From Convolutriloba macropyga (lineage: Eukaryota), in NCBI RefSeq assembly GCF_964194025.1, contig NC_134475.1:372001-436000 (forward strand): a stretch of 64,000 nucleotides of DNA, in the 5' to 3' direction. The notes under the pieces are model-generated. The model did no database searches. It was not told the origin of the DNA and saw only the letters and a list, made by a program, of their open reading frames with translations. This document shows, in pieces, positions 44,301 through 56,860 of the stretch; position 1 is the stretch's first letter; the number at the start of each line of letters is the position of its first letter. A program made the position numbers and the translations under genes.

Positions 44301-47300
44301 CATCGTATTGTGCTTGGGTGCCAATATGCATAAACAATGCCTCGATGTTCGCTGTGACTGCTACTGAGTACTATCTGAAGCGGAGAAGGCCATGCAGGTT
44401 GCAAAGTAGATCCTCTCCGGTCAGCAATACATCCTTAAATGGGTTTCTTTTATTTTTTGAAGCAGTGTTTGTTATTCTGAGAATTTTGTCCGGCTTCTGT
44501 TTGTTGATTACTGGGCGATGAGAAAGGTACCAATCCGAGTGTCTCAAAGTGTGATCTGCAGTTGTGACGTAGTTTTTTTAGTTTTTTATTGTCCTCTCTC
44601 TGTCTAGTTTGTGCCCCTTATCCAACCTCTGTTGCAGAGCGTGCCTCTGAATTTGGCCATGAGGTATTTGTTAGGGAGTGTGATGTCTTTCTTCCATGGG
44701 ATTCCAATCTGGTATCTTTCCCAAGTGTGTTCTATGTTATCACCGAGGATGGACACAGCTTCTTTATCATCCAGAGACTGTGACTTGGAAGAGCACTGAT
44801 TGATTCACTCCCTCTCTTGTCCAGAAAAGCTGGAGATCTTCATCGGGATCGTCTTGTTGTCTTGTGATATGATTCAAAAGTGTTATGTTTGTTGGTTGAT
44901 TGGCCTCCCTTCTTCTGAGTGGACTATTGGGGAATGGGCTCCGTCATCGTCCAACCAAGAGGTGTATTGACTCCGTATGGTCCATTTATGAACTTTCTGG
45001 GAGCTGTTGCTGTGATTGCGTCTGCTTCAATCAGTATTTCTATCCGGTTGTCCCTGATTGTTGGAAACTTTTTTCCTGTAGATCAGATTGTTCTCTGCAG
45101 ATCTCACTGTACATTTCAGTTTTAACTGCTGCCATCCGAAACTCCTCTATTGCACTTGCGTACACAGGGATTCTGATCACTGGAGAACTGCTGTACAAAA
45201 CTCTTATAATGATCATCACATCTGCTGTTTTGACTGAGTGTTCACCATGAAGTGAAGCTAGTGGAAGGGTTATGTCCTAGGTTGGTTAAACTTGAAGTGC
45301 GTCCGTAACCTTCTGTGTTATTTGTGTGTTGTCACTACCGCTGTCCAGCAATACGTAGGTCGCAATACAACGATCTCTGTTGAAATGTGTGATGGTTATC
45401 GCCTTTTGGTTGCTGCAAGTGAAGTTTTCTTACTGAATAGTTGCCTGCTGTTGGGCTACAGTGCGCTGAATGCTGCTGCTGTTGTTGTTGCTCTTGGGGT
45501 TCAGCGGCTGACGGTAAAAAAAACTTTTTGATTCCAGTTGCCCCTGTGTTAAGTGCTCCTGTTCACTCCACCTTGTCTGTTCTAGGTTCCGTTCTCTTGG
45601 TTGTAGTTCGAACTGGTCTGCTGACTTTGGTTTTAATTACGTCCATAGTTTTGGTTTCTTTTGGTTTGTGTGGTTTTTGAAGTTGTTGTTTTGTGAGATT
45701 AGATTTCAGTTCCCACTTGGTTGTGCATTTTGTTGCATGGATCATTCATCTGCCCTATGGAGTGCAGAGTGATGGTGGCCATTGCATCTTCCCACAAGGC
45801 ACCTTGTTTTGATGGCCAGAAGCTTTTTTCGTGAGCTTTTAAGCCGTTAGGGCAGAGATAGAAACTCCTACCTCATCGGTGTTGGTCTTACGCCGACTTT
45901 TCCAAGTAAGCGGGACATCGACCAACGTTGTGGCTTTGTCCGCAGCGATTGACATCACACATCCGTTGGCCACCTTCTAGAAGAATTTTTTACTCTGCTT
46001 CCGTTGTGTGGAGATGTCCCTGCATGCTTCTGCGTATGAGTCAATCCAATCAATAAAGTGGTTAAGGCTAGGTTGCGACAAAGATTGGGTTCTTGTGTGT
46101 TGATTCCTTCTGATTATCATGGTAGCGTTCAGTTTGTCCCTGACTCTTCTCAAAACTGCTGAAGACTTGAGATCAGCTTCAAAAATGTGAAGACGGAAGG
46201 TTTGTACCAATCTCCTCAAAAAAGATGCAAATCTTACAAAAGTGTTCATTTCGTCTCATCTGGGCTTAGGCTACTTCGCCAATGGATCCAAATATGCAAT
46301 ATGCTGAGGTTTGCCAAATTTCATGGTCAGTTCAGCGATGGATTCATGATAATAGTCCCCATTGTAGGAGTCCCTGTGAAGTGGTCAATTGATACCTTAG
46401 GGAAATTCAATGTGTTCTGGAACATCAGTGCTTGGTGTAGCATCTTTTCTGGTGGAGAACCCGGCAAACGCGGGAAGTCACTGTTTGGGTTGTTTTTGTC
46501 GTTGGCTCAGTATTCATCAGATCCGTAACTTTTGTCCAGTGGCTGTTAAATTTTTCGGGGTGTGTACCTGTAGCTCATGACCGGACCAGCTTTGCTAGTG
46601 TTGTGGTGAAAAGAACCCGGTTTTTGGTATTGCCCTGCTCTGTTCTGTACACACTAATATCGGCTTTGTCTTGGATTATGGTTCTCTTCTCTTGATCGAC
46701 CTGAATTTTGTCAGACTTTATCTGTTCTCATTGCCCCTGAGAGAAACTCCCTGTTCCTTCCTCTCTCTTCAATGTTTAGAAGGGTTGAAAGTTGTCGGGG
46801 TTTCAGTGTCGGGCGGGACAGCAGTGCTATTCTCCTGATTGTTGCGGCTTGCAAACTGAGATTTCATTGCTCTATTGCGTAAGAGGTACTGCCTCCCCTG
46901 TAGATTAGGGGAAGGCTCTGTTGATGTGTTAAGGGCAGATTCGGTATCACTTGCGTCCGTTCTGGGTGCGTTTGTTCTCCATTTACATTTCAGCATCATT
47001 ATGAGCAGATTCATTAGCAAGGTTTGTCAACTCTTCACTTGTTAGCTGTAGCTTCGTGATTCCACTGCAATGTCTGTCCAGGTGATTCTTCTGTGTCCTC
47101 AAGAGTTCCAAAGTTTCGCGTAGTTTTCTTCGACGTTGACTACTACTGTTTTCCAGTTCGGCGAGCTCTTTTTACTACGTTCCACTTTGTCACCTTCGGC
47201 GGAAGTTGTTGCTTGAGGCTGCAATTTTCTTAATTTCTGATGATTGAAAATCTCATGATTGCAAATCAAGCTCTATATATACATTACAATTCTCGCCATG

Positions 47301-47480
47301 AGCACACAAGTTCTGTTCAAAACGGGGAATCCCTTACTATAAATAATATCGGAAGTCAAATTGCAAGCTCAACCACTTCGATTCCATCAGTAAAATCAAC
47401 ATCAGTCAGAAAATGAAGTTCTGAGTTACAAAAATGAAAGGGTTTGGGGATGGAATTATGCATAAAAGAACTTGCTTTCT
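41364..47480 (-). mobile_element. Degraded BEL/Pao LTR retrotransposon
   Basis: Diverged LTR-like direct repeats beginning GCAAATCAAGCTCTATATATACATTAC at 41369 and 47261. Minus-strand fragments of Pao RNase H (YVISKTKEAPIKQLSSPKLEL), integrase (DMFGPF, PYFGGVWERLI) and the C-terminal GDIVWV..PRG..PLG motif. Many stops and frameshifts; LTR ends approximate. Confidence 0.9.
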
Positions 47481-48480
47481 TTTAGAGATGGATTCTGTTT
47501 TTCGAGCTGTTCAATTGTAACCTCCTTTTTGTATCTCTCCAAAAAAAGATACAAATCGGACAATATCGACTTTACAGAAAGCGCTATATAAAACATACAT
47601 TAAAATATGATCTACAGAAATTGCACGAAGTTCATGTACCAACTAATTTGAAACTTTAACATTATTTATTGTCACCTGGTATATCAATGAAATCGCGGTT
47701 GAGGTTCAGGCTAACTGGTAGTTGAAGAGCGTTGAAAATTTTCATGTTTGTTTTGCCGACTCGCTTAGTTCATGATTATGAGGTTGCTCCCCTTATAATC
47801 AGTGAAATTGTGTTGTATTAATTTTGCTGCTGATTTGAAAGTTTCTGGCCTATTGTAATTGCAAAGTGTCCTTGGCAGTCCATCAATATTCTGCGATTTA
47901 GTAAGAAACTTTTTAGTTTAAATCCATTCAGTCGCTGCTTTCTAAATTTCACCCAATAACTCCTGAAAAAATTAGATTAAATTAAATAATATGTCATTTT
48001 ACCTATTTTGCTTACTTTATTCTTGTTAATTTTGGAAAAAATTATATCCACGCTACAACGAGGGAGTAGGGACAAAAAATGTTAGGGAGAATTGACTATT
48101 GGATAATGTCAAGTGGACTTTCTAGTACCTCTCGTAAACGTTTTCATTGCTGTTTGCCCAATTTGCAAAAGTTGTGGAAATGGAAAGTTTTTGCCTCATT
48201 TTAACTTAAAATTTCTTTTGTCTGATCGTACTTTTGGCTAAAATCCTACGCTCCGAATAAACATTGAAAAGCAACTTGACGCTAGGCTTATATTTTAAAA
48301 CAACTTATTATAAAGTTTAAATTTTAAACTGTTAGATTAGCAAAAAGCGCAATGAAGTGAAGAAAGCCCAAATATGATTTAGCCAGAAACGAATTTCAGG
48401 TCGGTTTGTGGCGTTATTGAAAAAAATTGTTTTTATTTATATTTGTTTATTAATTACATTGAATAGATTGTTTTCCTTAG

Positions 48481-48734
48481 ATTTGATGGCTCTAATCCGA
48501 CTGTCGACGGACTAAATGGCCTAACCGATGACAATAGAGTGTCCTTTGTCATGATAGAACTGTGTGATCATCTGTTGAGTCTCTGGTTAGAACACGGTCT
48601 GTGCAGAGTCTACAGTGATTATGTGGACCATCTCAGTTTGCAGTTATTTTCACCCAGAATGTTCCCTAACGTTGATCTGGATGAGCCGATGAGCAGAGAT
48701 AGCTGGAATTCTGCAAGCTCAAGCTCAAAAAAGG
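48481..48734 (+). CDS. RICTOR: RICTOR exon
   Basis: Acceptor ttttcctTAG and donor G|GTAAAC, whose phase matches the next exon. LLSLWLEHGLCRVYSDYVD resembles Rictor LEKW...N..YV. Confidence 0.7.
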
Positions 48735-48757
48735 GTAAACATGGCTTAATTAGGTCT

Positions 48758-49295
48758 TTAGTAGTAGTAGTAGAGAATCCGGGTATGTTTCCCGGGGCTT
48801 CAATTTGTGCCCCTTAGTCAGTCCAGTTTCAGTTGTCAAATTTTTTCCAATTGCTACAATTGTCACATCTGCAAATTATACGCCAAGAGCATTTGTTTGT
48901 TAGGCTGAATTCAGTTGTTAAAATTTGCCAGTATGCTTTTGTGATAGTGTGTTTGTTAATTTGCCTCCAAATTTTTGCATATTCCTATTTACAACGTTGT
49001 ACAGTTGTTTAGTTCGGTGGAAGAAGTTTTCATCGGATTTGACTAGCCGGTTAATTTCAATTTTCAGTTCACCTCTACAGTGTTGTCTTGTCCTCTCGTC
49101 TTCGAGGGTTTTAAAAATTTTTGGAATGGCATGCTCATTTTGTGTAATAGCTAGGAAGAGAAGAAGATCATGCAGTTCAACGTAGTGACAGAGTGGGAGG
49201 AGTTTTAGGCTAATGAGACGTTCTTTGTAACTTTGAAGTGAATTTCTTAGAATCCATTTAGTGGCCATGATCTGCACTTTTCAATTTTGTACATG
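48758..49295 (-). mobile_element. CR1-like LINE 3' fragment with (CTA)n tail
   Basis: ATKWIL....SYKERLISLKLLPL..Y.ELHDLL. The TAGTAGTAGTAG run near 48759 on + is the tail on the - strand. Confidence 0.75.
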
Positions 49296-50070
49296 ATGGT
49301 GCACAGAGCACTTTCCTATTATAGCCCCTCCTCCTCCCCCCCCCCCCCTATTATGGTATGTTTACCATGGTTGGGAGGAGGTATACGTTTTATGACCTCT
49401 AAGCTGGGGTGGGGGCTATAATGGTTAAGGCAAGCTTAATTTAGTGCTTAATTTTTCATATCTGTTACGATTTCCATATTAATTTCACTTAATATTTGAC
49501 GTTTAGCAACAGCCGAAAAATATGATGATAATTGCAACGACAAATAACCACGTACTTGAAACCAAACTTTAGAATTTCCAATGATATCAAATTCACTTGG
49601 TCGTTTTGAGCTTAAAGTTTCTTTGAGCATAAAGCATTACAAAGCAATTCAAGCAGGTGATTAAAATGTTGCACCGCAATAATACCGTTTTGCCTACTTA
49701 TTATTTGGTTTCTTTGACTTGCATGTAACAAATTTTCATGTTGAGGTGATAAACAACTCCTCTTATTGCGCAACACTTATATTGACACCTTTTTTACAAT
49801 AAAGTCCTGGTTTAAAATGAATATACGTCTAGTCCTCAGTATTCAATGAATTAAAAACTTGCAGTGATCTTGGAAGTGAATATTCGAAAATCAAGTTAAT
49901 TGCAAGATTCCTGTAAACTTTTTGATGCGCTTCCTATAGGCTTAAATGTGCCAAATATCCATTACAGTATATTAGAACTCGTGCTCATCCCCCAGCTTCC
50001 TATCTTACATGGGTTTTATTCAAGAATCGTTAAAGATTTGAATCCTCTTATCATTAAGAATTCTTTGTAG

Positions 50071-50352
50071 GTATTGATGCATGTTCAATGTTGCCTCCCC
50101 ATCTCTTTTTTCAAATGTCACAATCACAACAGAATTTCAACACTGGCCAGATACACGCTGGCTTCGAGGCTCTGACTCATCTGTTCCAGACATCCTCGGA
50201 TGTCATTTCCGCGCATCTGAATTGTCTTATGAATTTGTGCCCCATACAGAGAGACTTCTCGGATGTAAAATCTGCAATCTGGGCCATCGCAAGTCTAGCT
50301 TCGAGCGAGGACGGATTTGAAATGCTGCCGCGGAACGCAATTCTTCTTCTAG
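50071..50352 (+). CDS. RICTOR: RICTOR exon (Rictor_V region)
   Basis: LPPHLFFQMSQ and DVKSAIWAIASLASSEDGFEML resemble Rictor LPxHLYGQL and LKAxLWALGxIGSSxxG. Splice sites ctttgTAG and G|GTGAGT. Confidence 0.88.
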
Positions 50353-50990
50353 GTGAGTTCAATTGATAAAACTTTTCCGAAATTGAAGCATTTTTACAAA
50401 AAAATTTCAGAGAATTAGGCTAGCTATTTGTGACTTGGTTGCTATATACATCGATCCGTTACTCTTTCCTCCTCGTCCACCACCCCCCCCCCCCCATATT
50501 ATTTGTTGACAAGTTTGACGGGACAAACTAATGCGTTTTTTGCTCTGATAACGGTTTGTAAGATAAAGCTTCATAAGAGATGGGACTAACAGTAGTGATA
50601 AAAGGGTGTCTGTCGCACACTTTTCGGCACATTTCCACCAGAACCCCCGCTCCCATCGGGATTCGAACCTTTGATCACTAATACTAGCTGTCACGTTTTA
50701 TATATACCTTTAAAATGTTGTAGAAGATCATTGAATCTAAAAGCAAGACATTTGTGTTGTTTACTCTGTCAAGTCAAATTAACGGATGTGAAAATCATGT
50801 ACATGTGTAAATTAATTTTCGTTTTGCCTTTGTTTCCCAGCGATCAAATTTTAACCCCACCTCAGGTGCTCAAACTTTTATAACTGGGGGCATAAACTGC
50901 ATTGAAGTGGTCAGCAGAATTGGTCCGAATCCACAAATGAATTTTGATACAGATCTGTTTTTGTTGATGATAAGAGTTTCTCCGATTTAG

Positions 50991-51452
50991 TGATGCAAGC
51001 AGAAAGCAGCTCAGTTCTGTCAATCAGAGCCACAGCAATGAACTCTCTCAGCCTCCTTTGTGACACTGCCCTCAAATTCCTTTCTCCTCTGGGCTGGGTC
51101 TCAAATTTGACCTCTAATTTGGACTCCGAGAACCCAGATGATCTGACATCCAGCGTTTGCTTCTTCAGGGAAAGTATTAGTGGTTTTTACGATGCGAACG
51201 AGTTGCTGTTCGCAGATCGAATAGCTGTAAAGTTGATGTGCAAAGAGTTTGTTGATAAAAGGTTGGCACAAAAAAGTGAACGAGCAGAAGAAGGTGACAC
51301 AGCTTTGGATGCTCGCTTGGATGACGGATCTCCCAAAATTGGTGGAAAAATTGCACAAAATTATAGCAAGGAAAACGATGAAGCAGCTCAGGTTTTATTC
51401 GATGATCGGAGAATGTCAATTTTGCCCGAGTCTTCAATTATACAATCCTCAG
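50991..51452 (+). CDS. RICTOR: RICTOR exon
   Basis: AESSSVLSIRATAMNSLSLL....LGW resembles Rictor VLSIRGTCxYxLGLI...W. Phase-1 acceptor and donor G|GTTTCT. Confidence 0.85.
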
Positions 51453-54249
51453 GTTTCTATCCTTTATATTTCCTAGATTTTTTTCTAATTTTCCTTCATG
51501 GAGGAGTGTTCTTAATATGGAAAATTTTGTTTTTTCTCTTTCTCTATTGTGAAACTTACGTCCTGTCGTAATTCTCCGTTTTTTATCGACCACAGTTTAT
51601 TGGGCGGGAGGAACTATGTGCTCGGGGAATTTTTTGTCCCAGTAAATTTCACCCGATCAAGTTATTTCACGTACAGAAATGTGTGCTTTATCACAGGAAA
51701 GCCCGTCAAGCCTATGGCGTTCAAGTTTGTCGGTTTTTGGCTTTCGCTTGTTTTGAGGAGTTCCAGAAATTAAAATTTGTGGGTAATTTGGCCTACTTTG
51801 CTTTCGAGCATTTCATTTGATTTTGGCCAGTAATATATTCAGAAAGTGACCAGTGATTTGCAATGAATTAGTTCACTTTTTTGCGGAATTACGATTTATT
51901 CAAAGTGCCCTCTGAGTTCAAAATGTTTAGCCTAATTTCTTAACTTTTTTCACCAAAAAAGGCTAATATAAAGGTGAATTTCAACCAACTAATTTCACCA
52001 AAATTAAGGACCAAACTATCATATAGATTCTTGGAATGTTTAACCAAACTCTTTGTTCAGTTATGAAAATTTGAATTTACATTTCGTAGATAAAAAAAAT
52101 TCTCATGGGTTTCCCTTTTATTTTTTTATTATATTCTGAATAAAATATGTAGTAGCCATTCGTTGCGGAACGGCGAGGAGAACAAATTTCGAACGGATTG
52201 TTTTGATTTCAAAACCCTGTTGAGCTGCAACTTAATTTCTCTCGGCCAATTTGAAGTTAACTGAACTCAACATAGAAGCCAAGATAATATTCATAAATGT
52301 TTTGTTTTTCATAATATTCATAAATACGTTTTGTTTTTCATAAATTGTTTTGATTTTTTTTAGTTTGCTTTCAATTCTCAATCCAAAGCGCAAAGTTTAA
52401 CCAACACATGTGCTACTTTTGGAACAGATAGGTTTTATGCTCTAAGTTTTCAAATTTTCTTGAGTTTTTGAAAACACTAATTTTAATTGATTTCTTTTCT
52501 TGTTTTTTTCCAGAAATTCAGGCAGATTTTTTTGATTCAATAGGTTGCCCCTTTCTTAGATATTTTTTATTAAATAGATATGATTGGTAATTGCTGCAGT
52601 GGTAGAAAATCGCATCTTCTTTCTGTGCTTTGCTTTACGTGACCTACAGTTTAGATAGCCTATTATGAGTTTAATTGTGACTGCGGACTGCTCTTCACAG
52701 CCCCGCCTGTCATGCTCTGTGAAATGTAATATGGAATCGTGGGTCAGTTATTGTCGAAGCGCGCCCTCTGGCCCACCAATTGGAATTTTTTGCTTTAAAT
52801 TATAATTCGGCTATATACCATATAATTGTTTGTTTTATTCCATTGCATTTGACACACTATGTCCATGGGCGAAACGCGACTAGTCTTCACTGATTGTTCA
52901 ATGAATCGATCGTTGAAATTCTATTCGTCATTGAAATTCTATATCGTCTTCTTTTTGCAAAAGCGTGGAATTTCGATTGCAGAAGGTGAAAATTGATTTA
53001 ACAAAGTTAGTTAATGAGTATCTTTTTTATTGCCTTTTTCGATTTCACAACTAACTTCATCGTCAGTTTTTTATTTTTCTAATAAATTTTTTTATATATT
53101 GCTACGTTAAATGCAAAAGTTGGTCCTTATTGTGTCTTGTGGCCTAGTTTTGTGTTTTCCATACAATTGTTGGCCTGTTGAAATCGCTGATGCTAGTTGT
53201 TTTTTGAAAGTTTTCTTTTATACAAGGAGACTTGGTATTGTGCATTCACGCATAATGTTCCTGCCCCGTTTATCCCGTTTTTTTAATCTAAGTGTCTAAC
53301 AAATGAGGAAACTTTCAAAAAAATCGCATACTGATCGACAAAAAGGATTCAGATACGGATCGAGCTGCCATTTTTGAGTGTCACATTCTTAGTTCGCTCT
53401 CCTGATTCACACGTGACATATTCTTATTAACACTTAATTTTTCTTTGAAATTTTTCATTTAGTTCCTTATTATTTAGTTTCGGAGTCGGATTTGATTCTC
53501 ATTTCCTTCTCATACCCCTATTTGGTTTATGTTTGCCCAAAACACCCAAATGACGTATAATTATTTTACTTGTTGGAACTTGTAATATGTATTTTTTAAA
53601 GGTTTAATTTTTTAGTTTCTCGAATACCAAGTTGTTTAATTTATCAATATTATATAAAAGACATGTAAATTTCTTGGTTTAGTAGTTATACTAATAGAGA
53701 AGGAATCGTGATTATGAACTCGCTTGTGAGCTCAGTCAATTTTTACGGAGGGCCAATACAGCCCAAGGTAGTGATCTCCGGTAAACTGATCACCAATACA
53801 CCGGAGATTTGCCCTGAGATTAAGTTGATTAAGCTCTATCTAAAAACTTGGAAGCCCTTCTCTCGAACTCATTTTTCGACTATATAACATCAGTCTGAAT
53901 TAATTAACGACCTTACAGAATTCACGTTTCTTTGAAGAAATTATGATTGTATAGATATTTCCAACGTTGAAACTTTATTTTTATTTAAAAATTATTAGCT
54001 ATATAAAGTGGATAGCGCTCATCGGAAATGGCTCTAAACAAACCAACTGCTAATTGCAATACTATCCGCTTAAGACCGCACTGTGAAAAAAGTTAAATGT
54101 TACAGTTTAAGCACCCAACTAGATCTTAAAGCAACTAAGTTCTCGCTTATATAATGCTTTTAAAATTAATAGTTAACAGTGAGACTACGAGACTAGACTA
54201 ACAACAAAGTAAAACAAAGACTACAAACATTGATTACGGCCAAAACTGA

Positions 54250-56340
54250 AGATCCGTTTTTTTTAAAAAAACTTAGTAAGAATGGCAAAATAGCAACAGA
54301 TACACCTAAGATAAACAATTTAAGTTCTCCGTTACTGGAAAGTATACTGGACTTGTACTTGATGTGCATAGGCAACGAGTCGATAAAATGACGAAAAAGG
54401 GCAGCAATAAAAAATCCAATTAATTTTGTGACACCAGTAATGTTCAATAGCCATAGCAATCATAAAGTTTCAACTAAAAATTACAAGATAGGTTCCTCTT
54501 AATCCCCTTGGGAAGCCAATGGGACTTGTCACTAGTGAGGCAGAGCCATAAGACTACAATAACATCAAGTACAGTCAAAACAAACAAATAATTTTTACGA
54601 AGACATGCAATATTAAAGCCTTTAAAGCCATAAGTTGTTAACTGAGAAGATTATATATTTATACTTAGTACTCAGAAGATGGCTCTTTTTATTAGGGCTA
54701 TGTGAAAATACAACAAAAATAAGCATAAATAATGACAATCATGAAAAAAGCTTTGAGTTTTTGTGAAATCACATAGTGTAAAACTCTTAAATTCGTCAGT
54801 TAAAATTTAAAAGCAATCAATGGAATGGATGGGATCGGTCATTAATGAAACTAAGATACCATTTAACAAAAAAGGATATCGAAAAGATCAAAGTTCAAAT
54901 ACGCTGTTTTTAACGAATAATTTCAAAGTCACTCAATCTATTAGCTTTCAATTGAAACCCTTAAATAGGAGCACCGATTCCTCTTCAGGAAGCAATTATA
55001 ATTAGATTTGTCATCTTTCGGAATTTGTAATACGACAACAAGACGTTCGACAAGAACAGGCTAAAATTCTGAAAACAAAGCAGAAATTGAATAAATATTT
55101 GCGAAAAAGTGTCGGCACCACTGAAATCATAAAAACACTTGTGTTCAATTGGGCTTATTTTCAACGCCACTGGGACCTGTTATTGTTGTGATAATTTGAC
55201 TAACTTGACAAAACGCCAAAAATTAACCATGCGTGGGCAAATAACTAAAAATCACAAAACTTTATTTTCAAAGTCATAAAACCTTTAGTTAAAGTTGAAA
55301 ACGCTAGGCATATTTCTTTTTTGCTTATAAACATTGTAAGAGCTGTCATTGATAGGATTTTGCTTTAAGTCGATAGAAATAAGGCTCAGAAAGATGACAA
55401 CCTTCAAAAGTTTGTTGATCTTTTTAAAAGGCAACTACATTTGAAGTCATAAGAGCTATTAGGATCGATCGAGACATGAACTGAAAGCATTATTACGTTT
55501 ACCTTCACCTCTTTAGGAAGCTATTTGGAGCTTTTATTAAAACAGACTCGAAACCTTAAAAACCGCGAGTCTCTGAAACAAGATAAATTTTATTTGGCCT
55601 CATGTAAACTTAAATGGGATTTTCTGTCATTAGAAACTTAATATGAAAATTGACTTGTCTTTAACTGACATCATAAAAAATTGAATAGATTTTGAAAAGA
55701 CAGTGCCCCAATACAATCTGAATTTTTTGTTTGAAAACTCCAGGTTGATACCAAACTAGCCTGGCTTATACTGCGCGTTTTTAGAAACACACAGCTCTTC
55801 GTAGTCTTTGCTCAATAAGTATTTAGGCAAATTAATTAATGCATCGAAAATAATACAGCGTTTTGAATGGATATCGATTTAAAATAGCGAAAAGCCGGCA
55901 AAATTTTAGTTTAGAAACATTATCTGAGGTAGCCCTAAAATAATTCTCATCTTAGTTTATTAATTTTAGTTCAGCAGTTTTTAGGTCTACACTTTTGGCA
56001 AATTTGCACAAAGTGGGTTAAAGAAGCGTATTTGGTTCCATTTTTCATTTAAAGAGTACGTATTTTCAAAAGTTTAGCCACAGCTTTTGCCAAAAAGTCA
56101 GATCAAACATTTCAGAAATCCTCCTCTATCTTCAAAAACAAAATCAAAAAGACTATACTTAACAATTCAACATATTTGAGCAAAGTTCTGACAAATTTCT
56201 GCAAAAATTGAAAACAAAAACAGCGGAAATTAATCGAATGCTCACAAAACTTTTAACCTCGATAACTCCCAGGAAAACAAAATTCAAAACAAAAATTATT
56301 TTCTCACAAGTCTACGATGAATATATTGATTAGTAACTGA
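54250..56340 (+). repeat. Dispersed non-coding repeat family (related copy at ~61450-63350)
   Basis: Shared diverged blocks, e.g. CATAAGACTACAA..AACATCAA (54547 vs 62527), GACTTGTCT.TAA.TGA (55652 vs 62703) and TTTTAA.CCTC..TAACTCCC.GGA (56251 vs 63281). Confidence 0.55.
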
Positions 56341-56409
56341 ACAAAAGACCCAGTCGAGTTTAGAATTTTTGCTCCCAAAAAGGTTGGGTGGGAACAATAT
56401 TTGTTTTAG

Positions 56410-56860
56410 CCATTCGAGTAGTGCTACCACAAAAGGTCAAGCAGGTGTCAAATTTGAAGAACTCTAAGCACAAGAAATTAATCGCTGCCGCTCCTCAAAT
56501 TGTTGTCGAAGATATTGAGAGCAAACCGCAGAGAGACTCTCTTGATACAATCGGTTCAATAACCAGAAAAAGCACATCAAGTGTTGATGACATCGTTGAC
56601 CAATCAGAAAGCGCCACGTCAGCAAATTTACTCAAACCTGCTCAAAGTACGGATAGTGTTGCTTCGTTTTCTTCAGTAGGCTCGATGGACAATTTAGTTG
56701 AGAGCCGGTCGAGAAATGTGAGTGCTGCTATGGCTGCGACCCCTACGTCACCAAACAAGCCAGGAATTATTACGATAAGAAGAAATACTGAAGACGCGGG
56801 TACAAATGCTGGTGATAAATTGCGAGGAAATAGAAAGAAAAGAGATTCTTCACTTGGAGG
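56410..56860 (+). CDS. RICTOR: RICTOR exon (Ser/Thr-rich disordered region)
   Basis: Phase-1 acceptor ttgtttTAG and phase-2 donor GG|GTTCGT match both neighbouring exons. Low-complexity Ser/Thr-rich content fits this part of Rictor. Confidence 0.7.

Noticed and set aside
43876-46528. Many + strand short ORFs
   Set aside because: Antisense shadows of the decayed BEL/Pao gag-pol.
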